Assembly: GCA_028534125.1 (NCBI GenBank)
Contig: CM052817.1
Coordinates: 37,202,001 to 37,266,000, forward strand
DNA length: 64,000 bases
Reading direction: 5' to 3'
Source of the DNA: Lama glama
Lineage: Eukaryota
Numbering within the stretch: position 1 is the first letter of the stretch; every line of letters begins with the position of its first letter. Below the pieces are notes generated by a model, which had not been told where the DNA came from, made no database searches, and worked only from the letters and a program-made list of their open reading frames with translations. This document shows, piece by piece, positions 1 to 13,108 of the stretch. A program made the position numbers and the translations under genes.

Positions 1-2148
1 TCTTAAAAGGTAAGAGTCAGCTAGTAAGAATGGGCATTTCAGAATGAGAGAATAGCCTGAGCAGAGACACAGCGGTATGAAATAGCGTGGAGTGTGTGGA
101 GAATTCATGCAGTCGGGTTTTCCTGTATACAACATGACGTGGGGTTTACCATCTTGATATTTCACAGATATTTGTGAGTTAATTTTGTTAAATACACACA
201 TTCTCTGTCAACTTTCAGATATAGCTCTAAAATTGATCAGATGCTGCTATAAAATGTAATATTTTGTATCATTTTAAATCTTTTCTCTAACACCAGAAAT
301 TGACACATTATAAATTTACTTCAATTAAAAAAAGACTTCATCTAACTGAATTGTGAAGAATACAAACTAAAGTTATTTTAAAGAAGAATGAGTCTAATAG
401 TACCATTGCTTCCTGTAGTAGGTACTGCAGCAGTAACTATATAGCGTTGAGTTTTTTGAGGCACTTTCAGTCAAAGTGCTGTTCGGAGTTCTCTCTACTT
501 AGAACTCTTCTGATAAATGTGTAGTATAAAAGTCACTCTGCCTGTAAAGATCTTTATGAGAATAATACAATATATGAGTTAAAACAATATTCTTCAAGAA
601 TAATACAGTATGAGTTATTACAGAATTCTGCATAATAGTATTTCATATTAATAGTACATGCTAAAATGTGGGATTGTAAGTGCAAAGAAATTTGAAAAGA
701 GAATGAAGTAGACTGACAACATGGTAGTATCTTTAGGCTTTTGCTAGAAGTTCTGTTTTCTGTGATTCATTGTAAGTTGTGTTTACATGTAAAATATGTT
801 AGTTTTGTTATATATTCTCTGCAGTGAACCAATAAAACCTATTTTCTTCTGTTTGGAGTTCCCTTTTCTTTAGAACTTCCTATTTTGTTGGTTGATAACA
901 CTTAGAGGAACAGAAAAAATAGTCTCATCTTCCTGTCTGCTTCACTGTCATAATGTGCCAGGGTGTGTGATTAGAAACAGACTGCCATGGACCATCTCTT
1001 TTTTCCTGATGTCTTAATTCTCTTAATGTATTTGGGAAAGGGGAGTACCGTATATTTTTCTGTAAGAGTCAGAATCTTAGATACATGTTTTAAAAATTCT
1101 GAGTTAGAGTTTAGGTGGGATTATACTCTCACTTGTTATTAACATACAGTCTTTGTAAGTCCTACAGTTGGCTAAGTTCCTTAGAGTGAAGTGTCCTAGG
1201 GTAAATTTTTTGTCCTGTTCTGTCTTCATGTTCTAGTATATATAGTAGATTCTTTTTTTAGTTGAAGACATTGTATTCTTTAAATAGACCGTTTTAAGAG
1301 AATTGGGTATAGAAAGTTTTTGAGCTTTTGTGTCTTGCCCAAATCTGTGGTCAAATGTAAAAAAAAATTTATAAAAATGGGTATTAATGCCTTTTTCATA
1401 GAGTAGTCCTCTGACAAAGAAATAATTTTATGACTGTAATAAATAAAGCCTTTTACTAGACAGAGGCTATAGTAGTTTGTTATATGGGGGAAAAGTGTAT
1501 GATAGTTTTGAATTGTATGTGTTTAAACCTAGTAAAGTTTAAAAATATTAATGATGCCTACAATCATAATACCCAGACGCTTAGGGCACCAAATATGGTA
1601 TGGTAAAAGTTCTAGATGAAAGAAGACTCATTAGACTACCGGTAATGAAGTTGACCCAGTTTTTTAATATTGAAAAAAAAAAACACCCAACCCACAGAAA
1701 TCGTGTTGATTCAATTATTATGACCCAGGCTCATATGGATAAGATACACAGATGTTTTTAAGACATAATCTTTTCAAAGAGTTCAGACTTTATTAAGCAG
1801 ATAAATCTAAAACATAAGGAAAGACATTGAATGAATCCAAAGTACGAAGTACTGTTTGTGTTCATAGAGGGGAAATCACATCCCATTGGAAGGATTAGAG
1901 AAGGCTTCATGAAAAGAAACATTACTTAATAAGCTGGGCCTTCACATCATTCCCCCATGAGGAATAGCTTGAGGTCTTGCACATATACTTGAGGAAATGG
2001 AATAGTGAAGTCTGATACAGTAGAAGAATGGGCCTAATTAGAACTGAATTGAAACCCTAGCTCTCACCATTTTCTACCTGTGTGACCGGGCAAGTTAGGG
2101 ATGTTTAGGCCATCTGTAATGTAGTTGTGATTCTTAAATGAGAGAGTA

Positions 2149-2301
2149 CAGTCAACCCTGTGTATCTGCAGGTTCTGCGTCCATGGAAATGGAGGGCCAA
2201 CTACTATATGCCGTTTTATGTAAGGGACTTGAACATCCTTGGGTTTTGATATCCGAGTGGGTTCCTGGAACCAATCCCCTGTGGATACAGAGGGACAACT
2301 G
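2149..2301 (-). mobile_element. MER2-like TcMar-Tigger DNA transposon relic (internally deleted), inserted in a MIR
   Basis: Terminal inverted repeats CAGTCAACCCTGTGTATC / GATACAGAGGGACAACTG with TA duplication on both sides; the GGAACCAATCCCC motif resembles MER2. Confidence 0.8.
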
Positions 2302-2924
2302 TATATGTAAGATCTGGGGGGAAATGTGACACATAGTGGTTTAGTAGGTTGTCTTTCCCCTACTTTTCCCTACTTTATGTCAAAAATCAGTGATGGAAGA
2401 GATTGGAAGGTAGGCTGGAGTCAAAGCAAGAAGGGCCTTGAATGCCAGGATAAGCTGTTGAACTACATATTAAGCAGTTTGGAAGTGACAGTTATAGCTA
2501 GATAAATCTGGCAGCATTGCCCTTGACAAATGTTTAGGGGTGAGAAAGAGGGGCACTGTGATTGGTTAATGGAGGTTATTATGGTTAATGGAGTCTATTA
2601 TAGTCCAGGCAAGGTATGTGGGTCTGAATTACAGAGAAAGAGAGTAGAGTTTAATGAAACTAGGAAGAAAAAGATGAGTAGGAGAGAGGTTTTGCCAAGT
2701 AGAAGTCAGGGGAATTGAGACTGATGCGTTATGTAAATCAAGAGAGGAGTCTGATGTGGCTCAGGTTTTGAATTAGGGCACCTGAAAAAATGGCGTTGCC
2801 ACTTCCAAAAGTAAAGAAATTATTAGAAGGGTAGCTGGTTTTAGAAGGGAGAAGATAGAGACCTTAATTTTTCATGTTTTGTTGTTGTTGTATAATTCTA
2901 TTTCACTAGCAAAATGCTCTGAAC

Positions 2925-3050
2925 AGTAGTATAGGATTTAAGCGCATAGACCCTTGGATTCCTGCTGGCTTAGTTTGAATCCTCGCTACACCACTTATTT
3001 GGGCTCCACTCCATCTCATTGTGCCTCAGTTTCTTCATCTGTAAAAAGGA
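2925..3050 (+). mobile_element. MIR SINE fragment
   Basis: MIR core-like GTTTGAATCCT...CCACTTA...GTGCCTCAGTTTCTTCATCTGTAAAA. Confidence 0.7.
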
Positions 3051-3084
3051 CAATCTGTAAAAAGGACAATCTGTAAAAATTTCT

Positions 3085-5190
3085 GGCAATCAAAGCTTTT
3101 TTGTTAGGTTCATGCACATATAGAATTACTATATCTTCTTGGTAAATTGAGCCTTTTATTAGTATGTAATGTTGCTTTTTAATTGTGGTAAATAAACACA
3201 ACATAAAAATTTCCCATCTTAGCCATTGTAAAGTATAGAACATTAGTGTTAACTGCTTACACATTGTTGTGCAACAGATTTCTAGAACTTTTTCATCTTG
3301 CAAAACTGAAATGCTTGTACCCATTGAACAATTCCTCTTTTTCCCTACTCCTTAGCCTCTGGTCACCACCATTTTACTTTCTGTTTCTAAGAATTTGACT
3401 ACTTTAGATACCTAACTCATTTAAGTGGGTTCATACAGTATTTGTCTTTTTGTGACAGCCTTATATCACTTAGCATAATGTCCTCAAAATCCATCCATGC
3501 TACAGCATATAAAATTTTTCTTCTTTTTCTAAGACTGAATAATATTCCATTCTGTGTATATACCCCTTTTTCTTTACCCATTCATCCACTGATGGGCATT
3601 TAGGTTGCTTCTACCTCTTGGCTATTGTGAATAATGCTGAGATGAACATGGGTATGCAAATACATCTTCAAGGTCTTGTTTTCAGTTCTTTCGTATATAT
3701 ATGCAGAAGTGGGATTGCTGCATAATGTGATAATTCTATTTTAAACTTTTTGAGGAACTACTGTACTGTTTCCATAGCATCTGTTACTATTTTAATATTT
3801 CCAGCAACAGTGATAAGGCTTCCAATTTCTCCACATCCTGGCCAACATTTGTTCTTTTCTGTTTTTTGTTTTGATAGTGGCCATCCTAATAGATGTGAGG
3901 TGATACCTCATTGTGATTTTGATTTGCATTTCCCTGATTTGGTGATGTTGAACATCTTTTCATGTGTTTATTGGCCATTTTTATTTCTTTGGAGAAATGT
4001 TTATTCAAGACCTTTGCCCATTTTTATATTGGATTGCCATGTTTTTTTGTTGCTGAACTGTAGGAGTTCTTTATTCTGGATATTAACCCCTCATCAGATA
4101 TATGATTTGCAAGTATTTTCTTCCATTCTGTGGGTTACCTTTTCACTCTTGGTTGCTTCCTTTAAGATACAGAAGTGTTAAAGTTTGATGTAGTCTCTTT
4201 TTTTTTTTCTTTTGTTGCCTTGCTTTTCTTGTTACATCCAAGAAATCATTGCCAAAACCAGTATCATGAAGTGTTTCCCCTATGGTTTCTTCCAGGAGTT
4301 TCATAGTTTCAGGTCTTACATTTAGACCTTTAATTTTTGTGTATGGTGTAAGGTAAGGGTCCAACTTTATTCTTTTGAATGTGGATATCCACTTTTTAAT
4401 ATAGTATCTTTTTATCACTGGTAATTTTTTTGCTCTGAAGTTTGTGTTGTTTGATAATATAGCCAGTTCATGTTTTTTCCAATTACTGTTATGGTATATA
4501 TGTTTCTATTCTTTTACTTTCACCTACTTGTATCTTTATACTTAAAGTGGCTCTTTTCTTGCAGGCAACTTATTGTTGGGTCTCATTTTGTTTTGTCCAA
4601 TCTTACAGTCTCTTTTTTCTTTTTTAAGCATTTACTTGAGATAATTATAGATTCAATTGCAGTTGTAAGAAATAATAAATCTTGGATATCCTTCACCCAG
4701 TTTCCCTTGGTGGTAATACCTTGCATAACTTTAGTACGATATCATAACCAGGGAATTGACATTAATACATTTCTGCTTGCTTTATTCAGATTTCTCCTGT
4801 TTTACATGCACTCATTTATGAATGTATACTTTATCACATGTATGGATTCATGTGACCACTAGCACAGTCAAGATACAGTATAGTTCCATCACAAATATCT
4901 TTTGTGATACCCGTTTACAGCCCCTGCCACTCCTTTCCTTCATCTTTCCCTAGCTGCTGGCAACCACTGTGTTTTCTCCATCTCTATAATTTTGTCATTT
5001 TGAGGATGTTACATAAATGGGATCATACAGGATGTAACCTTTTGAGATTGGCTTTTTTTCATTGAGCGTGTTATATGTTTTAATTGCTTATTCTGTTTTG
5101 TTGTTGAGTAGTATTCCTGAGTCTTTGAGTAGTATTCCTTTTAGTTGGAGGCATTTAGACCACTTTTATTTAACATGATTATTGATGCAA
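3085..5190 (-). mobile_element. Nested old LINE-1 fragments (L1M-type 3'UTR and ORF2 C-terminus)
   Basis: Minus ORF 4143..4418 contains KLDPYLTPYTKI...NVRPETMKLLEETIGETLHDTGFGNDFLD, typical of L1 ORF2, with typical L1 3' end text nearby. Confidence 0.85.
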
Positions 5191-5197
5191 TTGGTTT

Positions 5198-6222
5198 TAT
5201 TTTTTTTTTATTGAAGTACAGTCAGTTACAATGTGTCAATCTCTGGTGTACAGAACAACGTCACAGTCATGCATATACATACATATATTCATTTTCATAT
5301 TTTTTCCATTAAAGGTTATTACAAGATATTGAGCATAGTTCCCTGTGCTATACAAAAGAAACATTTTTTAAAATCTATTTTTGTATATAGTGGCTAACAT
5401 TTCTTAATCTCAAACCCCCACATTTATCCTTTACCACCTCCTTTCCCCAGTAACCATACAATTGTTTACTAAGTCTGTGAGTCTGTTCCTGTTTTGTAGA
5501 TGACTTCACAGTGTCCTTTTTTTTTTTAAGATTCCACATATGAGTGATATCATGTATTTTTCTTTCTCTTTCTAGCCTACCTAACTTAGAATGACAATTT
5601 CTAGGTCCATCCAAATGGCATTATTTTATTCTTTTTATGGCTGAATAGTACTCCATTGTATAAATATACCACAACTACTTTATCCAGTCATCTGTCGATG
5701 GACATTTAGGCTGTTTCCATGTCTTGGCTATTGTATGTAGTGCTGCTTTGGACATTGGGGTGTGTGTGTCTTTTTATGTTAAAGTTCCCTCTGGATGTGT
5801 ACCCATAAGTGGGACCATATGGTAAGTCTATTTTTAGTTTCTTGAGGAATCTCCATACTGTTTGGTGCATGGCTGCACCAAACTACATTCCAACCAGCAG
5901 TGTAGGAGGGTTCCCTTTTCTCCACACCCTCTCCAGCGTTTATCGTTGGTGGACTTTTGAATGATGGCCATTCTGACTGGTGTGAGGTGATACCTCCTTG
6001 TAGTTTTGATTTGCATTTCTCTGATAATTAGAGATATTGAGCATTTTTTCATATGTCTATTGGCCATTCACATGTCTTCATTGTAGAAATGCTTGGTTAG
6101 GTCTTCTGCCCATTTTTGGATTGGGTTTTTTTTGTTATTAAGCTGTATGAGCTGTTTATATATTCTGGAAATTAAGCCTTTGTTAGTCGCATCATTTGCA
6201 AATATTTTCTCCCATTCTGTAG
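5198..6222 (-). mobile_element. 5'-truncated younger LINE-1 (ORF2 C-terminus, 3'UTR, poly(A))
   Basis: ORF 5834..6067 [23 protein letters not shown]...[11 protein letters not shown] is the L1 ORF2 cysteine-rich tail; poly(T) at about 5198-5210. Confidence 0.92.
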
Positions 6223-6244
6223 ATAGTGCTGAAGCAAACCAACC

Positions 6245-6419
6245 GTTTTTTTAAATTAAGTTTTATTGGAACACAGCTACGCTTATTCACTTACAGTTGT
6301 CTATGGTTGCTTTTGTGCTACAAGGGCAAAATTGAGTGTTTGTGATAGAGACCTTACGGCCTGCAAAGCCTGAAGTATTTACTGTCTGACCCTTTACTGA
6401 CAAGATTTTTGACTCCTGG
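6245..6419. mobile_element. MER58-like hAT-Charlie relic
   Basis: AAGTTTTATTGGAACACAGC...GGCCTGCAAAGCCTGAAGTATTTACTGTCTGACCCTTTAC resembles MER58A. Confidence 0.8.
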
Positions 6420-6569
6420 TTGAAGTATTTTTCTGTTTGCCCCACCTGTTCTTTGTTTATTCTGTATTAGAAATGTGAGCATAAAAGAGATGTTAGAGGA
6501 GCTTCTGGCTATTAGAATACCTACACGTGCTTTCCTCAGATAAAATTTTAGACCTGACCGAAGGTATCT

Positions 6570-7083
6570 GTATTGGTTTTCTACTCTGTGTTGCAAACTA
6601 CTGTATACTTAGCAGCTTAAAATATATTTATTTCACAGTTTCTGTTGATGAGGAATCTGGGCACAACTTAGCTGTGTTCTCTGCACAAGATCTCACAAAC
6701 ACTGCAGTCTGGGTGTTGGCCAGTCTTTGTTATCATGTGGAGGCTTCCAAACTCATTTAGGTTGTTGGGAGAATTTCTTTGCAGCTGTGTGACTGAGGAC
6801 CCTAACCTTTTACTGCCTCATGCAGAGGCCTCCCTCATGTCCTGGGATTGCCTGTGATTCTCTGCTATATAGCTCTCTCCATGGCACTTGGCTTCCTCAA
6901 GACCTGCAGGAGAGCCTCTCATTCCAGTCTGCTCACAGTCTTATATAATGTAACATAGTCAAAAGAGCGACACTTTCTCACCTTTCCATTTTCTATTGGA
7001 AGAAAGTCACAGGTTCCTGTCACACTCAAGGGGATTATAGGAGAGCATGGCTTAGTGGGAGTCTCCATCATGTGTCCACCACA
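6570..7083 (-). mobile_element. MLT1-family (ERVL-MaLR) solo LTR
   Basis: TGTATTGGTTTTCT...CTTAGCAGCTTAAAA...CACAGTTTCTG...GGAATCTGGGCACAACTTAGCTG...CCACCACA; TG..CA termini. Confidence 0.8.
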
Positions 7084-7949
7084 TTAACTTCAAGAAGATA
7101 TGAATAACCATAATCGATAATCTTTCATTGACCATTTTGTTTCCTGTCAAAAGCTGGAAACGGCTTTTGATGAAAAGTAACAAGGAAGAGACTAACATAG
7201 GAAATGTCTAGTTAAGTTATTTTATTGTTTTTAGAAATTGCATGATAAGCAAAGCTTCATTCTAATATGCCAGTGTTTGCAATATGGTTTATAATTTCAT
7301 AAGCACTTATATAAATCCTTTATTTCATTTGAGATAATTCACAGAATAGTCTTATGAAGTAGATAGGTATACCTGTTTACAGATGAAAAAACTGAGGTTA
7401 GTAAAGCCTTCAAAAAAAAAAAAGTGGTAAAGCCAGTAGGTGGCATAATCATGTATTTTAACTTTAAATCTTTTGTTACTGTCACTAACGTAGAATTGTA
7501 GCGTAGAACTATTGATGGTATGGATATTCATCAAATATGCTTCGATAATGTGTATGTTTGACTTTATATGTAAATATTAATAAATTCTATGTGAAAATGC
7601 AAACAAAATGAGATTTTTGTAATGCAGCAGTGCCTCTGTCTAGCATCACCAAAATTCTAATCCCCAAAATATTTCTGTAAGATAAATTGTATCTCTGTTC
7701 ACAGAGAAGATAACTGAAATTTAATTTAAGCAGGTTGTCATTTGCCCAAGATTATACAGTTGGTAAATGGTGGAACCATGATCTGACTTCAGAATCTAGG
7801 ATGAACCTGATTCAGTCAAAATAACCTCTTTCTGCTTTGCATCACTGGATAAAATCTCTAAGCTTAGTTTTTAGTTCATAGTCTCTTTCTGGAAATAGTG
7901 GGTTCCACATCTCCAAAGTCATGTGCTATTGAGTTGTTCTTAAATTAGA

Positions 7950-10900
7950 TTTTTTTCTTATTGTGGTAAAATACACATAGCATAAAATTTACTGTCTTAA
8001 TTTTAAGTGCACATTTCAGTGGTATTAAATATACCATTGTTATACCATCATCACTACCATCCATCCCTATAACTCTTCATTTTGTAAAACTGAAACTGTG
8101 TACCCATTAAACAGTCCTCCATTTTCCTCTCCCCCAGCCCTTAGCAACCATCATTATACTTTCCATCTTTATGATTTTGACTGCTGGTATCTCATTCAAG
8201 TTGAATCATACAGTGTATCTTTTTTTTACTGGCTTATTTCACTTAACATAACGTTTTTAATGTTGTAAAGGTTCATCCACATTGTAGTATATTGGCAAAT
8301 TTTAAGACTGAATAATATTTCATTATATGTACATACCACATTTTGCTTAATCATTTATTCATCTATGGGCACATGAGTTGCTTCCATGTTTTAGCTATTG
8401 TGAGTAATGCTGCTATGTATATGGGTGTGTAAATAGCTCTTCAAGACCTTGCTTTCATTTCTTTTGTGTATATACTCAAGTGGAATTGCTACATCATGTT
8501 AATTCTATTTTAAATTTTTGGAGGAACTCCCATACTGTTTTCCACAACGGCTGTACCGTATTACACTCCCACTAGCAGTATACATGCGCTGCAGTTTTTC
8601 CACGTCCTTGTCAGCACTTGTTGACTTTGGTATCAGGGTAATGCTGGCCTTATAGAATAAGTGAGGAAGTGTTCCCTTCTCTTCAGTTTTTGGAAAAGTT
8701 TGAGAAGGAATGGTATTAATTCTTCTTTAAATGTTTGATGAAATTCACCAGTGAAGCCATAAGGTCCAGGGCTCTTATTTGTTGGGAGATTTTTTATTAC
8801 TTATTCAATCTCCTTAGTAGTTATGAATCTATTCCAACTTTCTATTTCTTTAATTTAGTCTTGATAGATTTTGTATTTCTAGAAACTTCTCCTTTTTCAT
8901 ATAGGTTATCTAATTTGTTGATGTACAGTTCATACTTTTATAATGCTTATTTCTTTAGAGTCAGTAATTTCTCCATTTTCATTTCTGAATATAATAATTT
9001 GAGCCTCATCTCTTTTTTTCTTGGTCCATCTAGCTAAAATTTTGTCAATTTTACTGATCTTTTTGGAGAACCAACTTTTGGGTTGACTGATTTTCCTCTA
9101 TTATTTTTGTGTTCTCTATTTCATTTCTCTTTGCTCCAGTCTTTATTGTTTTTTTCCTTCTGCTAGGTTTAGGTTTAGTTTCTTCTTTTTTTAGTTCCTA
9201 AGTTGTAATGTTAGGTTGTAGATTTGAGATGTCTTTTTTTTTTTTTTAATGTAAATGTTAAAGTTGTGAATTTCCCCCTTAGCACTGCTTTCACTGTATC
9301 TCATAAGTTCCAGTATGTTGTGTTTTTGTTTTCATTTGTCTCCATGTTCTAGTCTCCCTGTGATTTAATCTTTGATCCACTGGTGGTTTAAAATTATGTT
9401 AATTCCCACAATTTTGCAATTTTTCATTTTTCTTTTTGTTACTAATTTCTAACTTCATTGTGTTGTGGTTAGAGAAGATACTTGGTATGATAGCTGTCTT
9501 TTAAAATCTATTGAGTCTTAATGTGTGGCCTAACACATGGTCTCTTCCGGAAGATGGTGCATTCCAAGAAGAATGTGTTTTCTGTTGTTGGGTAGAGTGT
9601 TCTGTGTATGTCTGTTAGATCTAGTTTATTGTATCGTTTAAGTCTCTGCTTCCATACTTCTGTCTGGTTGTTCTGTCCATTATTGTGTGTAGGTTATTGA
9701 AGTCTCCCAACTATTATTGTAGAGCTATTTCTCTGTTTAGTTCTTAGTTTTTGCTCCATATATTTTCATAATTTGTCATTGTATGTGTAAATGTTTGTAA
9801 TGGTTATATCTTCTTGCTGTATTAAACCTTTTATTAATATATAATATCCTTTGTTTCTTGTAACTTTTTTTATTTAAAATCTTATTTTTGTCTTATGCTA
9901 GTATAGCCATTTCTGCTCTCTTTTGGTTACTATTTACATGGAATATTTTTTTCAGTCCTTTTCATTTCAACCTGATTGTGTCTTTGGATTTCAGGCAGGT
10001 GTCTTGTAGACAACAAATCATTGGATTATATGTTTTTTTTTCCTTCTGCCTATCTGTCTTTTGATTGGAGCATTTAATCTATTGATGTTTAATGACTGAT
10101 AAGGAAGCATTTATTTCTGTCACTGTGCTATTTGTTTTCTGTATGCATTATCACTTTATTTTGAGCCTCATTTCCTGCATTACTGTTGTCTTTAGTGTTT
10201 AGTTGATTTTTTTGTAGTGAAATGTTTAAGTTCCTTTCTTATTTTCTTATGTGTATATTCTATGGATATTTTCTTTGTGGTTTATCATGAGGATTACATT
10301 TAACATTCTTAAGTTATAATACTCTAATTTGAATTTATAGTAGCTTAACTTTAATAACAGAAAAATTCTACTCCTTTACAGCTTCATCTCCACCCCTTTT
10401 CATTGTTTTCTTTATTATTATTGAAGTACAGTCAGTTATAATGTGTCAATTTCTGGTGTACAGCACAATGTTGCAATCTCGCATATACATACATATATTG
10501 GTTTTCATAGTCCTTTCAGTTGTTGATGTCACAAAATAACATCTTTATACATTTATATCCAAAAACATGAACTAAAAATTCTTTCAAATTATTTTAAAAT
10601 GTTCTTAAAATTAAAATTTTATTTTATGTAAATTCTTCTTTGTTACTTATTTTAAATTATACTCCTAAATTATGTAGGAAACAATAATTGGTGTTACAAA
10701 CCAAAATTACAGCAATACTAGCTTTTACATTAATAATTTTTTAAAAATGTATTTGTCTCTTAAATACAAACAATAGAGTTACAACCATTGTTAACAATAA
10801 TACTAGCTTTTGTAATTAAACATGTATTTACTTTTATACCCATATGACTGAGTTATTGTCTAGTGTTCTTTCATTTTATCTTGTAGGACTTCCTTGAGTA

Positions 10901-12520
10901 TTAATTGCAGGCCAGGTCTAGTGGTCATGAACTCCCTCAGCTTTAGTTTGTCTGGGAATGTCTTAATTTCTCCCTCACTTTTGGAGGACAGTTTTGTTGG
11001 ATATAGATTCTTGGTTGACGGAGTTTATCTTTCAGTACTTTGAACTTACCTGCCCTTTGTCTTTTGTCCTCCAAATGAGAATTCTGCTGATAGTCCTATT
11101 GAGGGTCACCTGTATGAGCTGAATCACTTCTTGTTTTCAAGATTCTCTCTTTGGCTTTTGAAAGTTTGATTATAATGTGTCTTGGCATGGATCTCTTTGA
11201 GTTCATCGTTTTTTGGAACTTCTTGGTTGTTTATGTCTTTCATCAAATTTGGGAAGTTTTCAACTGTTACTTTTTCACATATTCTCTCTGCCCTTTTCTC
11301 TCTCTCTTCTCCTTCTAGGGCTCCCATGATATGTATGTTGGTCTGTTTATGGTAGTGTCCCATAGGCTCTGTTTATGTTTCTTCAGTCTTTCTGTTCCTC
11401 AGACTTGATACTTTTTGTTATCTTACCTTCAAGTTTGCTAACTCTTTCCTCCTACTCAAGTCTGCCTTTGAATCCCTGTAATGAATTTTAATTTTAGTTA
11501 TTGTACTTTTCAGTTCCAGAACCTCTTTATTGTTCCTTTTTAGGTTTTCTACTTCCTTATTGGTAATTCCATTCTGTTCACACAAATTACTTTTACCATG
11601 TGTTCCTTTAATTCTTTGAGCATCTTTAAGACAGTTGTTTTAGAGTCTTTGTCTACTATAACACCATTACTACTTCTTCAGATATAATTTCTATTGATTT
11701 ATTTTTTCCTTGAATAGGCCATACTTTCCTGCTTCATTGTATGCCTTGTGATTTTTTTGTTGTTGTTGAACATAAGACGTTTGAATCTAATAATGTGGTA
11801 ACTCTGAAAATCAGATTCTCCCTCTTCCTTGAGGTTTGTTTTTTTAATTGTTTCTGCCCTTTTTGATTGATATAGGCTGTCTCTGTGCTGACAGTCAACC
11901 TGAGGTGTAAACTTAACAGTCTTCTCAGGTCTTCTCTGAGCCTTTTCCTGGGCATACATGGTCACTTTTTCATTTGTCTTCTATATGCATTTGGTTTTTT
12001 ATTATCTCAGTCTTTAGTGTTTTGCTCCCAAAAGGGGAAAAAATGAAAATGAAGGTATAAAGGGCACCAGCCATTTAAATCCTTGGGAAGTCACTTAAGA
12101 TGAGGAGGTGGGAGGCTTGCAACAATTGGGGGAGGTATAGCAACAGTGGCTGCCCACCTCTTTGCACCTCTGCGATCAGAAACAGTAGTCAGCAATCAGA
12201 GGAGAGAGGCTTGATACTTGGCGGACACAGTCTTTCCTGCCTACTGTGGCTCCTGCAGACTCTGCACAGGCTGCTTCAGGAACACATGCACAGCTGCTAG
12301 CTACATGGCTGGGGTGTAGGATGGGCAGCTGCTACTGTACAAAGAGCTAAAATTGACCAAAATTAACTGTAATTTACCATTTAAGTTGTCTTCTGGAAGT
12401 TGTAAGCCTTTAGCAGATTCCAGAGTTCCAAGATAGTTATCAGACAGATTCTTGCCGATGCAGTTGTTGACTCGGTGGGGAAGCAGATTCCTCATGTTTC
12501 TATTCCACCATCTTCCCACA
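7950..12520 (-). mobile_element. Old LINE-1 block: 3'UTR piece (7950-8620), then degenerate ORF2 5' part, ORF1 and 5'UTR-like sequence
   Basis: ORF 11124..11363 (GALEGEEREKRAERICEKVTVENFPNLMKDI) resembles L1 ORF1; T-rich antisense L1 composition throughout. Confidence 0.85.
10411..10511 (-). mobile_element. Short L1 3'-end insertion, same family as 5198-6222, nested in the older L1
   Basis: TTGAAGTACAGTCAGTTA.AATGTGTCAAT.TCTGGTGTACAG is nearly identical to 5211-5255. Confidence 0.8.
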
Positions 12521-12895
12521 GTTTTCCAGTTTGATATTAAAGGAGTTCCTTCACTGATATAAAATAATTAGCTGAGGTAACTTATGTGACACTTAGTATA
12601 AAAATGCAAAGTTACTTATTTTTTCAATAATGATTTCTACAGTCATTTTATATATATAGCATTCAATAAGCTGTAATTACTAATGATTGGGTTTAGGGGG
12701 GTTGTTTTTATGTGTGTGTGGTTTTTGTTTTGTTTTGTTTTAGTCTCAGCAAGCTGAACAATGGCAGTTGAGTGGATTTTGAAAAATATCTGAAGTTTAG
12801 TGGGTGGCATCTACCTGCTGCCTTCTCCCCATCCTTTACAAAAGAATAAGTGGGATGTTTGAGAAGAGAGCTGTATTAAAAGAAGAGTGTTACAA

Positions 12896-13108
12896 ATGGC
12901 TTCAGAATCTTTGAATGCAAAACAAGCTAGGAATCGCCTCACAAAGGGGAAAAGGCAACAGCACCAGCAAATAAAGAACAGATCTTCAGTCAGTGATGGT
13001 GATGGAGAAGATTCCTTTATCTTTGAAGCAAATGAAGCTTGGAAAGATTTTCATGGTTCTCTTCTTCAGTTTTATGAAAATGGAGACCTTTGTGATGTCA
13101 CACTGAAG
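12896..13108 (+). CDS. KLHL8: KLHL8 coding exon 1 (gene exon 2; exon starts at 12744 after TTTTAG), N-terminus and start of BTB domain
   Basis: ATG at 12896; MASESLNAKQ...YENGDLCDVTLK (71 aa); donor AAG|GTGAGA at 13108/13109; phase 0. Confidence 0.97.

Noticed and set aside
461..507. Two adjacent 7-bp hairpins (GCACTTT/AAAGTGC and GAGTTCT/AGAACTC) as an ncRNA
   Set aside because: Stems this short are expected by chance in 64 kb; no snoRNA boxes or pre-miRNA-length stem.
3750..12519. ORFs of 60-143 aa (e.g. 3750..4181, 4143..4418, 5834..6067, 11124..11363) as genes
   Set aside because: They lie in LINE-1 or other repeat relics, either broken ORF1/ORF2 pieces or antisense frames, and many start at non-ATG codons.
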